Assembly (NCBI GenBank): GCA_963827815.1
Contig: CAWHCL010000003.1
Coordinates: 20,526-84,525 of the forward strand
DNA: 64,000 nt
From: an uncultured Verrucomicrobiae bacterium
GTDB taxonomy: Bacteria > Verrucomicrobiota > Verrucomicrobiia > Limisphaerales > UBA11358
Direction of reading: 5' to 3'
Shown: positions 38,707 to 49,689 of the stretch, one piece after another
Numbering within the stretch: the first letter of the stretch is position 1
How the letters are laid out: the number at the start of each line of letters is the position of its first letter
Position numbers and translations under genes: made by a program
The notes under the pieces: generated by a model
Database searches by the model: none
Seen by the model: only the letters and a program-made list of their open reading frames with translations
Told to the model about the DNA's origin: nothing

Positions 38707-39196
38707 TCAAGCCGCCAATTGTTTTTCCGTTTCCTCGGCCAGCCGCTTTTGGTCTTCCGCCGTCAGAACCTTGCCGGTGACGGTCGCGGTGGTCTGCACG
38801 ACGAGCCTGCCGACTTCGCGTTTCAGCTCGGCGAGCATCCGCGCATGGTCCTGCGCGGCGGCTTCGCGCGCCTTGGCCACGATTTGTTCGGCGGCGGCGA
38901 CGGCCTTTTGCGTTTCCGCCTCGCGCACGCGGGCGGCGGCGGCGCGGGCCTCGTCAATCAGATGCGTTCGCCTGGTCGCCGGCGTCGGCCAGGATTTTCG
39001 GCGGTCGGCCTCGGTCTTGGCAACCTCGACCTTGATGTGGTCGGCGTTGGCCAGGCTTTCGGCGATTTTCTCGCGGCGCAACTGCAGCATTGCGAAGATC
39101 GGCTTGTAGGCAAATCTCCACAGGACAAAGAAAACGACGGAGAAGCTGATCGTCTGCGTGAGCAGCGCCCTCCAGTCAATTCCAAGTTCGCTCCAT
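38707..39196 (-). CDS. atpF: ATP synthase Fo b subunit, with a frame break right after the ATG and a compensated pair near 38955-39006
   Basis: The TM segment ELGIDWRALLTQTISFSVVFFVLWRFAYKPIFAMLQLRREKI is continuous with ORF 38707-39090. Confidence 0.75.
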
Positions 39197-39204
39197 AGCC
39201 GGAT

Positions 39205-39423
39205 TTATTTGACGACGAACCAGGCGATGACCGCCCAGCCTTCGGCCAGTGCCATGCCGACGAACATCCACAACAGGATGCGTCCCATCATTCCGGGATT
39301 GCGGCTCATGGCGATCAGAGCGCCCGCCGTGGCGCAACCGATGCCGATGGACGCGCCGGCCATGGCCACACCGGTTTTAATATCGGTGTTGATGACCAAA
39401 TTTTGCGCTATATCTGCTAGCAT
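39205..39423 (-). CDS. atpE: ATP synthase Fo c subunit
   Basis: 72-aa hairpin proteolipid. GIGCATAGALIAMSRNP ... ALAEGWAVIAWFV. Confidence 0.9.
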   Translation of the reverse strand: MLADIAQNLVINTDIKTGVAMAGASIGIGCATAGALIAMSRNPGMMGRILLWMFVGMALAEGWAVIAWFVVK

Positions 39424-39496
39424 ATATTTATTCCTTCAGTTTGTTTTTGTTGTTGTCGCAGCCGCCTTTTGATTGCGGCGGCAAATATCTAATAAA

Positions 39497-40528
39497 TCAA
39501 TGGCCGGGTTCCTCTTCATGCGAACACATCGTGCCGACAAACGCCACGACCAGCAAGCCAAACACAAACGCCTGCACGGCGCAGACAAATGTTTCATAAA
39601 AATAGACCGTGAGCGTAATGAACAAGGACGCCAGCCAGTTTGGCATGTGAAATCCCATGTCCAGCATCGTTTCGCCGGCAAAAACATTTCCATAAAGGCG
39701 CATGGCCAGCGCGACCGGCCGGGCAAACAAAATCGAAACCACTTCCATCACGCCGATGAAAATGAAAAGCAACGAAATGATCGGGAACACCCATTTGTTC
39801 GTTTTCATTTTCACGCCGAAAACGTGTTTGACGAATCCGAAAACACCATTGTAACGAACCGCCCAAAAAAGGCTCATCACCAAAAAAATCGCAGTCATCG
39901 CCACCGTCAGATTCGCATCGGTCGTCGGAGGGCGGAAGATGGGCCGATGCACGTTCTCAACGGCAAAAGGGAGCACGCTGTCCTTGACGGGCGTTCCGAA
40001 TCCGATGCTGCCCACGCCCGGAATCAAATCCACATAATTCGACAGGACGATGAAAATTAAAAAGGTCGTCGCGAACGGAAAAACCCAGCGCGTGACTCTG
40101 GCGTCCAAAACGTCGGTCATAAAACTTTCCCAGCCTTCGACGAGCGCCTCCAGCACGTTTTGCATTCCCGACGGAATTTCCTTGAGGTTTTTCCAGGTCG
40201 TCACGCGCACGGTGACCAGGATGATTGCCGCCACAATCCATGTGCAGATAATTGAATTGGATATCGGAAGTGCGATTGACCCGGGCCACCAGCTCGCGAA
40301 AATCGAAGGCACGTTTTTTACCGGCGACGGCCCGATGTAAAAAAGCGCGGGGGGTGATTGAGACGGAAGGGCTTCCTCTTCAGCCGCCGGCTGGGCTTGC
40401 GTCGCGGCTGCGCTTGAAATCACCTGACCAGAGGGACTTGCCGGAGCCGGGTCCATTGACGGCACGACTGCCGCAAATAACGCGGTGGAAAGCACGCAGG
40501 CAAAGATGATGGCGCCAAGTCGCTTCAC
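39497..40528 (-). CDS. atpB: ATP synthase Fo a subunit with an N-terminal extension
   Basis: Polytopic. LAMRLYGNVFAGE is the conserved Arg motif. Confidence 0.9.
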   Translation of the reverse strand: MKRLGAIIFACVLSTALFAAVVPSMDPAPASPSGQVISSAAATQAQPAAEEEALPSQSPPALFYIGPSPVKNVPSIFASWWPGSIALPISNSIICTWIVAAIILVTVRVTTWKNLKEIPSGMQNVLEALVEGWESFMTDVLDARVTRWVFPFATTFLIFIVLSNYVDLIPGVGSIGFGTPVKDSVLPFAVENVHRPIFRPPTTDANLTVAMTAIFLVMSLFWAVRYNGVFGFVKHVFGVKMKTNKWVFPIISLLFIFIGVMEVVSILFARPVALAMRLYGNVFAGETMLDMGFHMPNWLASLFITLTVYFYETFVCAVQAFVFGLLVVAFVGTMCSHEEEPGH

Positions 40529-40707
40529 TTAAAATTTCACTTCAGACGGCAATAATACCCTTTGATCAAATCAGTCACAGGTTTAAACGGAGGCGCAGGT
40601 TACAATGTCGTGAAAAATTCACAAGCACTTTTTGGAAATTTTTTGGCAGGGTGCTTGAAATTAAAGCCAGTTCCGGCGCAGCAATTCGGGCGTTTCACCG
40701 CGGGCGG

Positions 40708-40917
40708 TCATGCTCCGTTAGATTGCGCTAAAAAGTAAATTATCAAAAGAATAAGTCCCATTGTCACGTTGCACATCCCAAGCACCTTCACTCGCTTGCG
40801 GTCTCGTGCCGCTTGGTCGGGGGTTACAACTTTATACCACCAATGAGGAAAAGCTAGACAGGCGGCTCCCCAGACTATAAACACCACCGCCATCAAAAGT
40901 GCAATCGGGTCTTTCAT
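40708..40917 (-). CDS. small two-TM hypothetical membrane protein
   Basis: ORF trimmed to MKDPIALLMAVV.... AT-richer than its surroundings. Confidence 0.4.
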   Translation of the reverse strand: MKDPIALLMAVVFIVWGAACLAFPHWWYKVVTPDQAARDRKRVKVLGMCNVTMGLILLIIYFLAQSNGA

Positions 40918-40964
40918 ATTTTGTGCGGCTAACTCTTCAACCGTGAACCCGCCGCACCTTAAAA

Positions 40965-41843
40965 TCAAACCAGCAAATCGACAATTTTCATCCCGCGGGC
41001 GCGCAATGTCCGCAAACTCAAGGCATCATGCCGCTTGGCCAGCCGCACTGCCGGCTTCATCCCGCCAGAGCGGGCAATGATAAAATGCCGGCGGCGTCAG
41101 GCCCAGCGCACGGTAAAGCAGAATCTGCCGCGCCGTGCTCACCAGCAAATCTGCGCCGCGCACGACCTCGGTGATTTGCATCGCCGCGTCGTCCGCCACG
41201 CAGGCCAGTTGATACGCCGGAACGCCGTCGCCGCGCCAGACCACAAAATCGCCAAAATCCTTTCCCGCCACGAATCGTTGCTCGCCGCAATTGCCGTCAA
41301 TGAAGGAAATGGTCTCGCCATCGGGAACGCGGAAGCGCCAGTGACAGGTGACGTGTGACAGGTGACAAGAAGGGCGCTGTGTTGTTTCACGTCACTCGCC
41401 ACACGCCACTCGTCACCCTTCAGTCGGCAAGTTCCGGGATAAATCGCCTCGTCATCCTCCGCGTGCGGCGCGCGGGCGGCTGACCGGATGTCTTTGCGCG
41501 AACAGGTGCAGGGATAAATGAAATTGCCGGCGCGGAGTTTTTCCAGCGCGGCGCGATAAACATCCATCCGCTCGCTTTGATTGTAAGGCGCAAACGGCCC
41601 GCCGCAGTCCGGGCCTTCCTGCCATTCAAAACCAAACCAGCGCAAGTCCTCCATCATGGCCGGGACAAATTCCATCTTGAAGCGGGTGGAATCCAAATCC
41701 TCGTTCCGCAAGACCAGCGTGCCGCCATTGGCCTGCGCCCGCTGCTGCGCCATCCAGAACGTCCGCGCATGGCCGAGATGCAGATAGCCCGTCGGCGACG
41801 GCGCGAGCCGCCCGCGATATTTTTGCAGCGCGGACAAATTCAC
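40965..41843 (-). pseudogene. gluQ: glutamyl-Q tRNA(Asp) synthetase, disrupted by a 68-nt insertion and carrying one further frame break near 41045
   Basis: RLAPSPTGYLHLGHART, then FRVPDGETISFIDG...GDFVVWRGDGVPAYQLACVADDAAMQITEVVRGADLL, then RLAKRHDALSLR, read across three frames. Confidence 0.85.
41336..41408. mobile_element. 63-nt palindromic MITE/REP-like insertion flanked by a 5-bp direct duplication (CGCCA)
   Basis: Removing 41341-41408 restores GDEWRFRVPDGE in gluQ. The element ends share GTGACGTG-type inverted termini. Confidence 0.65.
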
Positions 41844-41949
41844 GGCAGCAATTAACCATCAAGGCGCGAAGGCACAAAGCTCTCTTTTTGGCAGCTTACC
41901 CGGAAATTAGGATGGACTTTTGCCGGTCTTGAATTCTATTTTGTCCGCC

Positions 41950-44104
41950 ATGCAACACACTCTTTCGTTCAGGAAACATTTCTCCACGCTGGCCGGTCTT
42001 GTCCTGGCCGTCCTCGGCGCAACCGCATCTCCCCTGCCCGCGCAGGACTCCGACTTGGTCACAGATACGATTGAAACCGCCACCAACGGGATTATCGTGA
42101 CACCGGTAATTCCCGTCCTGCAAATCAAGGCCGACCAGGTGTCCGCGCAGGTCAGCCCGATGCTTTACGGCTTGATGACGGAGGAAATCAATTTCTCCTA
42201 CGAAGGCGGGCTTTACGGCGAGCTGGTCCGCAACCGCACGTTCAAGGCAAACCCGACGAACGCGGTTTATTGGAGACACGGTCGGCGGCGCGGCCATCTC
42301 GCTCGACACGAACCAGCCGCTCAATGCCGCGTTGAACGTGAGCTTGAAACTGGACACGAGCAAGGCGTCGAAAAATTCGCCGGCGGGAATCGCCAACAGC
42401 GGTTACTGGGGAATTCCCGTCAGGCCGAACACGACTTATCACGCGTCGTTTTATGCCAAGGGGAAACATTTCAATGGCCCGTTGACGGTCAGCCTGTTCC
42501 ACGTTGACAAAACTATCCAATCCTTACCTATCACACCAGAGACGGCTCTGTGACAAAGGCTTGAGGCTGTCGCTGTGCCAATCGCCAGCGCGACGGTTCC
42601 AAAAATTTCCGGCGAATGGCAGAAATATGAAGTGACGTTGACGACCGGCGATGTGCCGACGTCCAAGGACAACAAGCTGGTCATCTCGACGACCAAGCCG
42701 GGAACATTTTTCAACATGCACGGCACGGTCTGGTTCCAGCAGGTCTCGCTGTTCCCGCCGACGTTCAACAACCGTCCGAACGGCAACCGGCCCGACATCA
42801 TGCAATTGCTCGCGGACATGCAGCCGAAGTTTTTGCGCCTGCCCGGCGGCAATTATCTGGAGGGCGATTACATCAACGAGCGTTTTAACTGGAAGAAGAC
42901 CATCGGCGACGTTTCGCAGCGGCCCGGCCACCGCAGCCCGTGGAATTATTGGTCCACCGACGGTTTCGGCCTGATGGAATATCTGAACTGGTGCGAAGAC
43001 CTGCACATGGAACCGTTGCTCGCGGTTTACGCCGGTTATACGCTGAAGCAGGATCATGTCAATCCCGGCCCGGACCTTGAGCCTTATGTCCAGGACGCGC
43101 TCGACGAGATTGAATACGTCACCGGCGACACGAACACGAAGTGGGGCGCGCAGCGCGCGAAGGACGGCCATCCCGCGCCGTTCCCGCTGCATTACGTCGA
43201 GGTCGGCAACGAAGACTGGTTCGACCGCTCGCGGCAGCCTACGACGGACGGTTCGCGCAATTTTCAACGCCATCAAGGCGAAGTATCCCAACCTGCAAGA
43301 TCATCGCCACCGACGCAGCGGTGCAAGAGCGTCACGCCGGATTTGGTTGACGAACATTATTACCAAACATCAGGAGGAGATGGAGGCGCAGTCGCACATG
43401 TATGACACGCGCAGCCGCACCGATCAAACGAAGGTTTTCGTCGGCGAATGGGCCACGCGCGTGGGCCGCCCACGCCGAACATGGCGGGCGCGCTCGGCGA
43501 CGCCGCGTGGATGTGCGGCATGGAACGCAATTCCGACATCGTCCTCCTGGAATCGTATGCGCCGCTGTTCGTCAACGTCAGCGACCTCGCTCGCGGCGGC
43601 TCGATGCAATGGCCCAGCGACTTCATCGGCTACGACGCGCTCACCAGCTATGGCTCGCCGTCCTATTACGCGCAGGTGATGTTCAGCACGCATCACGGCG
43701 ACAAAATGCTGGCGACCGATTCGCAGGACATTCCGACCCACCCCTGGCAGCCGCCGCAGCGCACCCGCAACGGGGTTCCGCAAGGCGGACCCCCGGCTCC
43801 GCAGCAGGTGCCGTCGGTTTTCTTCGACGCCACGCGCGACAGCCAGAGCGGGACGATTTATCTGAAAGTCGTGAACCGCCAAGGCACGCCGCAGCCGGTG
43901 CATGTTCAAATCAGCGGCGTTTCCACCGTCGAAGCCGAAGGCACAGCCATCGTGCTGAAAGCGGACAAACCGGACGACACGAATTCAATTGAAGAGCCGA
44001 CGAAGATTGTTCCCGCCACGGCAACAGTTGACGGACTTGGAACGGATTTCACGCGCGAGTTCCCGCCGTATTCCATCACAATTCTGGAATTGAAGGCGAA
44101 ATAA
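41950..44104 (+). pseudogene. GH51-like alpha-L-arabinofuranosidase with signal peptide; at least five frame breaks plus an in-frame TGA at 42551
   Basis: Fragments 41920-42507, 42332-42553, 42575-43405, 43056-43679 and 43448-44104 concatenate into one family-like protein (LRLPGGNYLEGDY, VEVGNEDW, VFVGEWA). Confidence 0.75.
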
Positions 44105-44162
44105 TTACGGTAGGGCGAGGCTACTGACGAGCCGGCTCGCGAGGACGCTTCCCTACCTACTT

Positions 44163-45024
44163 TCAAAACTTTTCGCTGGGATTTGCCGCCAGCCATTCGC
44201 CCAATCCGGGCAATGGCGCGGACAATACCGCTTGCGCCTTGGAAATATTCAGCGACGTGTCCGGTGCGCGCACCGGGCCGGTAAAATCCTTCGCCGAACC
44301 CGGTTCGATTTTGGTTCTTATTTCCGGCCAGCGTTTGACCAGCAAGCTGGCCAATCTGCCAGCGCGACAGCTTTTCTGCGCCGGCAACGTGATAAATGCC
44401 CGCGCAATTTTTCCCCGCCAATTCCCAGACTGCCCGTGCTGTTTCCACCGCCGGAATCGGGCAGCGGAATTCGTCGGTGAACAGCTTCATCTTTGACTTC
44501 GTCAGCAGCGTCTGGCGGAGTTGCTCGTTAAAACCGCGGTTCCCTGCCCGCGACACTCCGCCGTTGATCGACGCGCGCACGATGGTGTGCTTGGGATTCT
44601 TCAAAAGGATCTCCTCGGCGGTGGCCTTCGTTTCGCCATAAACATGAATTGGGTTCACCGCGTCGGTTTCAACATAATTGCCCTTGCGCCCGTCGAAAAC
44701 CAGATCGGTGGAAAAAAATACGAATTGGATTTCCGCCGCCAGTTCCGCAATCAGCCTCGTGACTTCGACGTTCAACCGCCACGCAAGTTCAGGATTCTTC
44801 TGCGCGTCGGCCACGTTGCTGATGGCGGCGCAATGAATCACGAGTTGCGGCCTGTCCTTTTCAAACTCCCGGCGGACGGCGGCGAAATCGAGCAGGTCAA
44901 GCTGGTCGCGTGTCAGCGCGTGCAGTCGCCATTGCGGGGCGAACTTCGGCGCGGCTTGGACAAGATAATTCCCGATGAGTCCGCCCGCGCCGGTGATCCA
45001 AGCCAGTTTATTTTGGCGTTCCAT
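44163..45024 (-). CDS. RmlD-like NAD(P)-dependent sugar reductase (dTDP-4-dehydrorhamnose reductase family), frame break near 44340
   Basis: ITGAGGLIGNYL Rossmann motif, YGETK catalytic motif. The C-terminus continues in ORF 44163-44387. Confidence 0.7.
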
Positions 45025-46486
45025 CGGGAGCAGGTCGCATTTGCGGCAGGCGGCCAATCCACAAGCCTGTGGCGGCGTAATGCCATTCCAATTCTGGAAT
45101 TTCCGGTGCGTAGCCGCCAGCCGCGCGGATAATCATCCGGTCAGCAGGTCGCATCTTATTAACCCACGGCTCGTAAGCCGCAAAAGCGGCACCGTGGTTC
45201 CACTGGATTTTGCGAAGTGTTTCCAAATCATCCGGTCGCATAAAGCCGGGTTCAAACCCCAGGACGTAACGCCAGTCGGCTGTCGGATTTTTGAAAAACA
45301 TCTGGTAAAAAACGTCCATGTCCGAATTGTATATGATGCCGCCCTTACCCGGCAGCCAGCCGGTGATGCCGGGTGTGTCGGGTGTCAGATATTCCGTCGT
45401 GAGATTCGCCGTCCAGCGGCTGTCGCGGTCGCTGGTGAATCCCAGGAAAACCCCGACGGCAATTCCCAGCGTGACCAGCAGGCGTCTGGCCGCATCGAAC
45501 GTGAGATGATTTTCGAAATGCTCCTGCAATTCCAGCGCCACCCAGACCATGAACGCGGGCGTGCCGAAATCCCACCAGAACCGGCGCACCTTCAATCCGA
45601 GCAGCCAGTCCAAAACCATCATCATGAAAACCGGATTGAGCAAAACACGCGGATTCCAACCGATAAAGATTTTGCGGCATAACAGCAGGACGACAACCGC
45701 CAGCACAGCGGGAATTTCACCGTCGGACGGATACCATTCAGGTTCCAATTGACGATTGACCACAAAATGTCCGAAGGCGCCAGACATATGGCGCACCGCC
45801 TGAAGCAGGAATTCCCACGGATGGCCGGTGAGCGCGCAGCCCAGGAAACTTCCCGCCAGCCAGCAGCCGCCATACCAGAACGCTGAACGCCAGAAACCGG
45901 CAAACAAAATCGCCGCGCCCGGCAAACACAGCAAATACCAAGAGCCATGAATCCACGCGGATGCGGCAACGAGCAGCGGCGTAAAAATCAAGGCCGACCG
46001 GCGGAGCCGGTCCTCCGACTGGCGCGACCACAAAAACAAAATCGTGATGAGAACGGCATCGGTCAAAAGATAAGGCCGCCCGCGCGCGAAGCGGGTCGTG
46101 CAAGCCGGAATAAAAATCGCCGCCGCAAACAGCGCCGCCAGCCACGCTTCGGGCCGGCGAAACCACGGCAACGCACAGAGCGTCACCAGCAGCATCAAGG
46201 AGACGACCGAAAAGACGACCAGTGATTCGGCGTTGCAATTTTGCCAGTTGTGAACCCATTGCAAAATCGCCTGCCAGCCGGGGCTTGGGTCTATCGGAAA
46301 ATCGTCCCGCATGACCAGGATTTGCTGCCACGATTTTCCTGAAATCGTCCTGGCCGCGTGCCGGAGTGCGTCGTCCATCGGCAGAAAACCGTAGCCGATG
46401 ATTTTCAGAGGTATGACGATGATGGTTAAGACGGCAACAATCCAGACAGTCAACGGCACGTATCGCTTCAGCCAGAAGAAATTCAT
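45008..46486 (-). CDS. polytopic membrane protein of unknown function
   Basis: 492 aa with many hydrophobic helices. Intact. Confidence 0.65.
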   Translation of the reverse strand: MNFFWLKRYVPLTVWIVAVLTIIVIPLKIIGYGFLPMDDALRHAARTISGKSWQQILVMRDDFPIDPSPGWQAILQWVHNWQNCNAESLVVFSVVSLMLLVTLCALPWFRRPEAWLAALFAAAIFIPACTTRFARGRPYLLTDAVLITILFLWSRQSEDRLRRSALIFTPLLVAASAWIHGSWYLLCLPGAAILFAGFWRSAFWYGGCWLAGSFLGCALTGHPWEFLLQAVRHMSGAFGHFVVNRQLEPEWYPSDGEIPAVLAVVVLLLCRKIFIGWNPRVLLNPVFMMMVLDWLLGLKVRRFWWDFGTPAFMVWVALELQEHFENHLTFDAARRLLVTLGIAVGVFLGFTSDRDSRWTANLTTEYLTPDTPGITGWLPGKGGIIYNSDMDVFYQMFFKNPTADWRYVLGFEPGFMRPDDLETLRKIQWNHGAAFAAYEPWVNKMRPADRMIIRAAGGYAPEIPELEWHYAATGLWIGRLPQMRPAPDGTPK

Positions 46487-46492
46487 GATAAT

Positions 46493-47392
<900 letters not shown>

Positions 47393-47395
47393 CGC

Positions 47396-48400
47396 TCAAG
47401 GCTTGGGATGGATGCGGACGGTGTGCTCCAACATATCCGTCGCGCCGTGTGGTGCGGGAGATGCCGGAACGTTCTGGCCGAACAGTTCCCGGGTGAATTT
47501 GCCAAGGGTCTCGTTAGTCGGGCCGTAACCGCCGTGGTAGATGTTGTATTCAAGGTCATACAACAACTGGTCGGCGCTGGCATATCGCTGGGCGGGGTCG
47601 CGCACGAGGCAGCGCTGGAGAATTCCATTGAGCGCCTCGTCAATGCGGGGATCGTGCTTCCGGAAATCGGGGATCTCCATGTTCAAGATCCGCTGGCGCG
47701 ATTCGTCGGCGTTTTCCCCCTTGAAAATATTCCTGCCGAGCAGCAGGTGCGCGAGCACGACGCCGGTCGAAAACAAATCGGAACGTTTGTCGGTGATCTG
47801 GAAGTCCGCCTGTTCGGGGCTCATGAAATCGGCCTTGCCGGCGACGACCTCGCCTTCCTGGTCGGTCAGGAACCCACGCGCCTTGGCGATGCCAAAATCC
47901 GTCACCTTCACGTCGCCTTCGAACGCGATCATGATGTTCTTCAAGCTCACGTCACGATGGACGATGCCCAGCGGCCTGCCGTCCTTGTCCGTTTTGGAGT
48001 GCGCGTAGGAAAGTCCGCGCGCTATGCGGCTGGTGATGAACACCGCGAGTTCCTTCGGCAACGGACGATTCTTGTCGGTGAGCTGCCGCGTGAATTGTTC
48101 CAGGTTCACTCCGCGGATCAATTCCATGCAGATGAAGCAGACACCCTTGGCCTCGCCGAGTTGATAAGTCTGGACAATGTTCGTATGGATCAAATCAGCG
48201 ACCAGCTTTGCCTCGCCGATGAAATTCTCGATAAACATCTTCTGGCTGGCAAAATTCGGCCGGATGATCTTGATGGCCACACGCTTGACGAAGTCGCGCG
48301 CACCGTGCTGCTCGGCTTCAAACACAATCCCCATGCCGCCCTCAAATATCTTGCGGACAATCTCATAACGAAAGTCGCTCTCTATGGTGAATAGTGCCAC
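47396..48400 (-). CDS. Ser/Thr protein kinase
   Basis: GGMGIVF, VAIK, HRDVSLKNIM, DFGIA. Confidence 0.85.
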   Translation of the reverse strand: MALFTIESDFRYEIVRKIFEGGMGIVFEAEQHGARDFVKRVAIKIIRPNFASQKMFIENFIGEAKLVADLIHTNIVQTYQLGEAKGVCFICMELIRGVNLEQFTRQLTDKNRPLPKELAVFITSRIARGLSYAHSKTDKDGRPLGIVHRDVSLKNIMIAFEGDVKVTDFGIAKARGFLTDQEGEVVAGKADFMSPEQADFQITDKRSDLFSTGVVLAHLLLGRNIFKGENADESRQRILNMEIPDFRKHDPRIDEALNGILQRCLVRDPAQRYASADQLLYDLEYNIYHGGYGPTNETLGKFTRELFGQNVPASPAPHGATDMLEHTVRIHPKP

Positions 48401-48584
48401 GCGGGAATGGTCGGAAATTGCAGAAGGAAGTCAAGCCCAGCCCGTGGCAGGCTGGCAACCCTCAAATTTTTTATGCTTTTTTGCTTGCACGATTCGTCTG
48501 AAATCCTTTAATTCGAGCCAAGTCACATGACTTTTGAACCAAAACAACAACACAACAACCACCAATAGGAAGGACACCGACATT

Positions 48585-48872
48585 ATGGCAAAAGCACTAT
48601 CGAAATCTCAACTCATCACCGCAATCGCCGAAAAAGCGCAACTCTCCAAGAAACAGGCTGGCGAAATCCTCGACCACCTCGCCGCGCTTGCCTACAAGCA
48701 CGCGAAAGACACCTTCACCCTGCCCGGCATCGGCAAGCTCGTCCTCAAGGACCGCGCCGCCCGCATGGGCCGCAATCCCAAGACCGGCGAAGCCATCCAG
48801 ATCAAGGCCAAGCGCGTCGTGAAGTTCCGCGTCGCCAAGGCCGCGAAGGATGCAATCCTCGGCGCCAAGTAA
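48585..48872 (+). CDS. hup: HU-family nucleoid protein
   Basis: MAKALSKSQLITAIAEKAQLSKKQAGEILD...RMGRNPKTGEAIQIKAKRVVKFR. AGGAAGGA lies upstream. Confidence 0.9.
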   Translation: MAKALSKSQLITAIAEKAQLSKKQAGEILDHLAALAYKHAKDTFTLPGIGKLVLKDRAARMGRNPKTGEAIQIKAKRVVKFRVAKAAKDAILGAK

Positions 48873-48889
48873 GTTTCGCCTCTTCACAA

Positions 48890-48921
48890 GGCGCTTCGAT
48901 CTGTTCGAAGCGCCTTTTTTT
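48890..48921. terminator. bidirectional intrinsic terminator between convergent genes
   Basis: GGCGCTTCGA-TCTGT-TCGAAGCGCC followed by TTTTTTT. Confidence 0.7.
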
Positions 48922-49558
48922 ATTCCGAAACCAATTCAATGCCCGCGTAATCACCTGTCAGTTTGCAACCGAGACTGTCGCCGTCCGTTAGAACGCCGAT
49001 GCCGATGATTTTCGGCATCGCCCTCTGTCCGAAGCAACTTTTCCAATCCGCCGTCACGTCGCGCTCCTCGGAAATCCATTCGCCCGCCCGCGCGTTGCCG
49101 GATTCCACCACGACCAGTTGGGTGCGGCTGGACAAGGGATGCGGCAGGATCGCGCCCACCTTTTCCTCGTTGGCCCAGATGTAATCAATCGAGCGCGGCG
49201 GCCCGATGAAGGTGTCGAACGCGATGAACACCCGCGCTGCATGGTCAAATCTTCGGGTGACGCGCTCCGAGCCGTTCGCCGGCACGCCGTCTATTTTCCA
49301 GCGCCAGCGCAGCTTTAACTCTCCCTGCGGCTTGATGTTGAGCTTCACGCTGAATGCCGAGCAGGATTTGTCCGCTGAGGCCTGCAGGAAAAAATTCGTT
49401 CCGTCCCGTACGACGTGATAATCCGTCGGTGTCCCAAACTTCACCTGCTGCCAGCGGTTGCTGACGCCATGCTCGAAATTTTCCGAGAACAGCACCGCAT
49501 CGCTTCCCGCCGCGCGGCAAAACAATGGAATCAGAAAGAGCGACACTCTCAAAAACAT
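48920..49558 (-). CDS. secreted DUF3047-like protein
   Basis: Signal peptide MFLRVSLFLIPLFCRAAG. RRFDHAARVFIAF...IDYIW pattern. Confidence 0.65.
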   Translation of the reverse strand: MFLRVSLFLIPLFCRAAGSDAVLFSENFEHGVSNRWQQVKFGTPTDYHVVRDGTNFFLQASADKSCSAFSVKLNIKPQGELKLRWRWKIDGVPANGSERVTRRFDHAARVFIAFDTFIGPPRSIDYIWANEEKVGAILPHPLSSRTQLVVVESGNARAGEWISEERDVTADWKSCFGQRAMPKIIGIGVLTDGDSLGCKLTGDYAGIELVSE

Positions 49559-49689
49559 TTTTATCACGCGCCAAGCATACGTTCCAGCCGCGCCCACCCG
49601 AAGTGACAAGTGTGTGACGGCAAATCCGCCCGCTTTTTTTGTTTTTCATCCGTGTCCATCCGTGTTAATCCGTGGTCAAATATAATGAC

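Noticed and set aside
36671-39109. 812-aa plus-strand ORF, the longest in the track
   Set aside because: It runs antisense to atpA, atpH and atpF, which have unmistakable family motifs. Its translation is R/A/G/L-rich low-complexity sequence, typical of the mirror frame of GC-rich genes.
42551-42553. In-frame TGA in the GH51 gene read as selenocysteine or recoding
   Set aside because: This is a secreted glycosidase with no redox motif, no SECIS-like hairpin is evident downstream, and the gene has many other frame breaks. A nonsense mutation or sequence error is far more likely.
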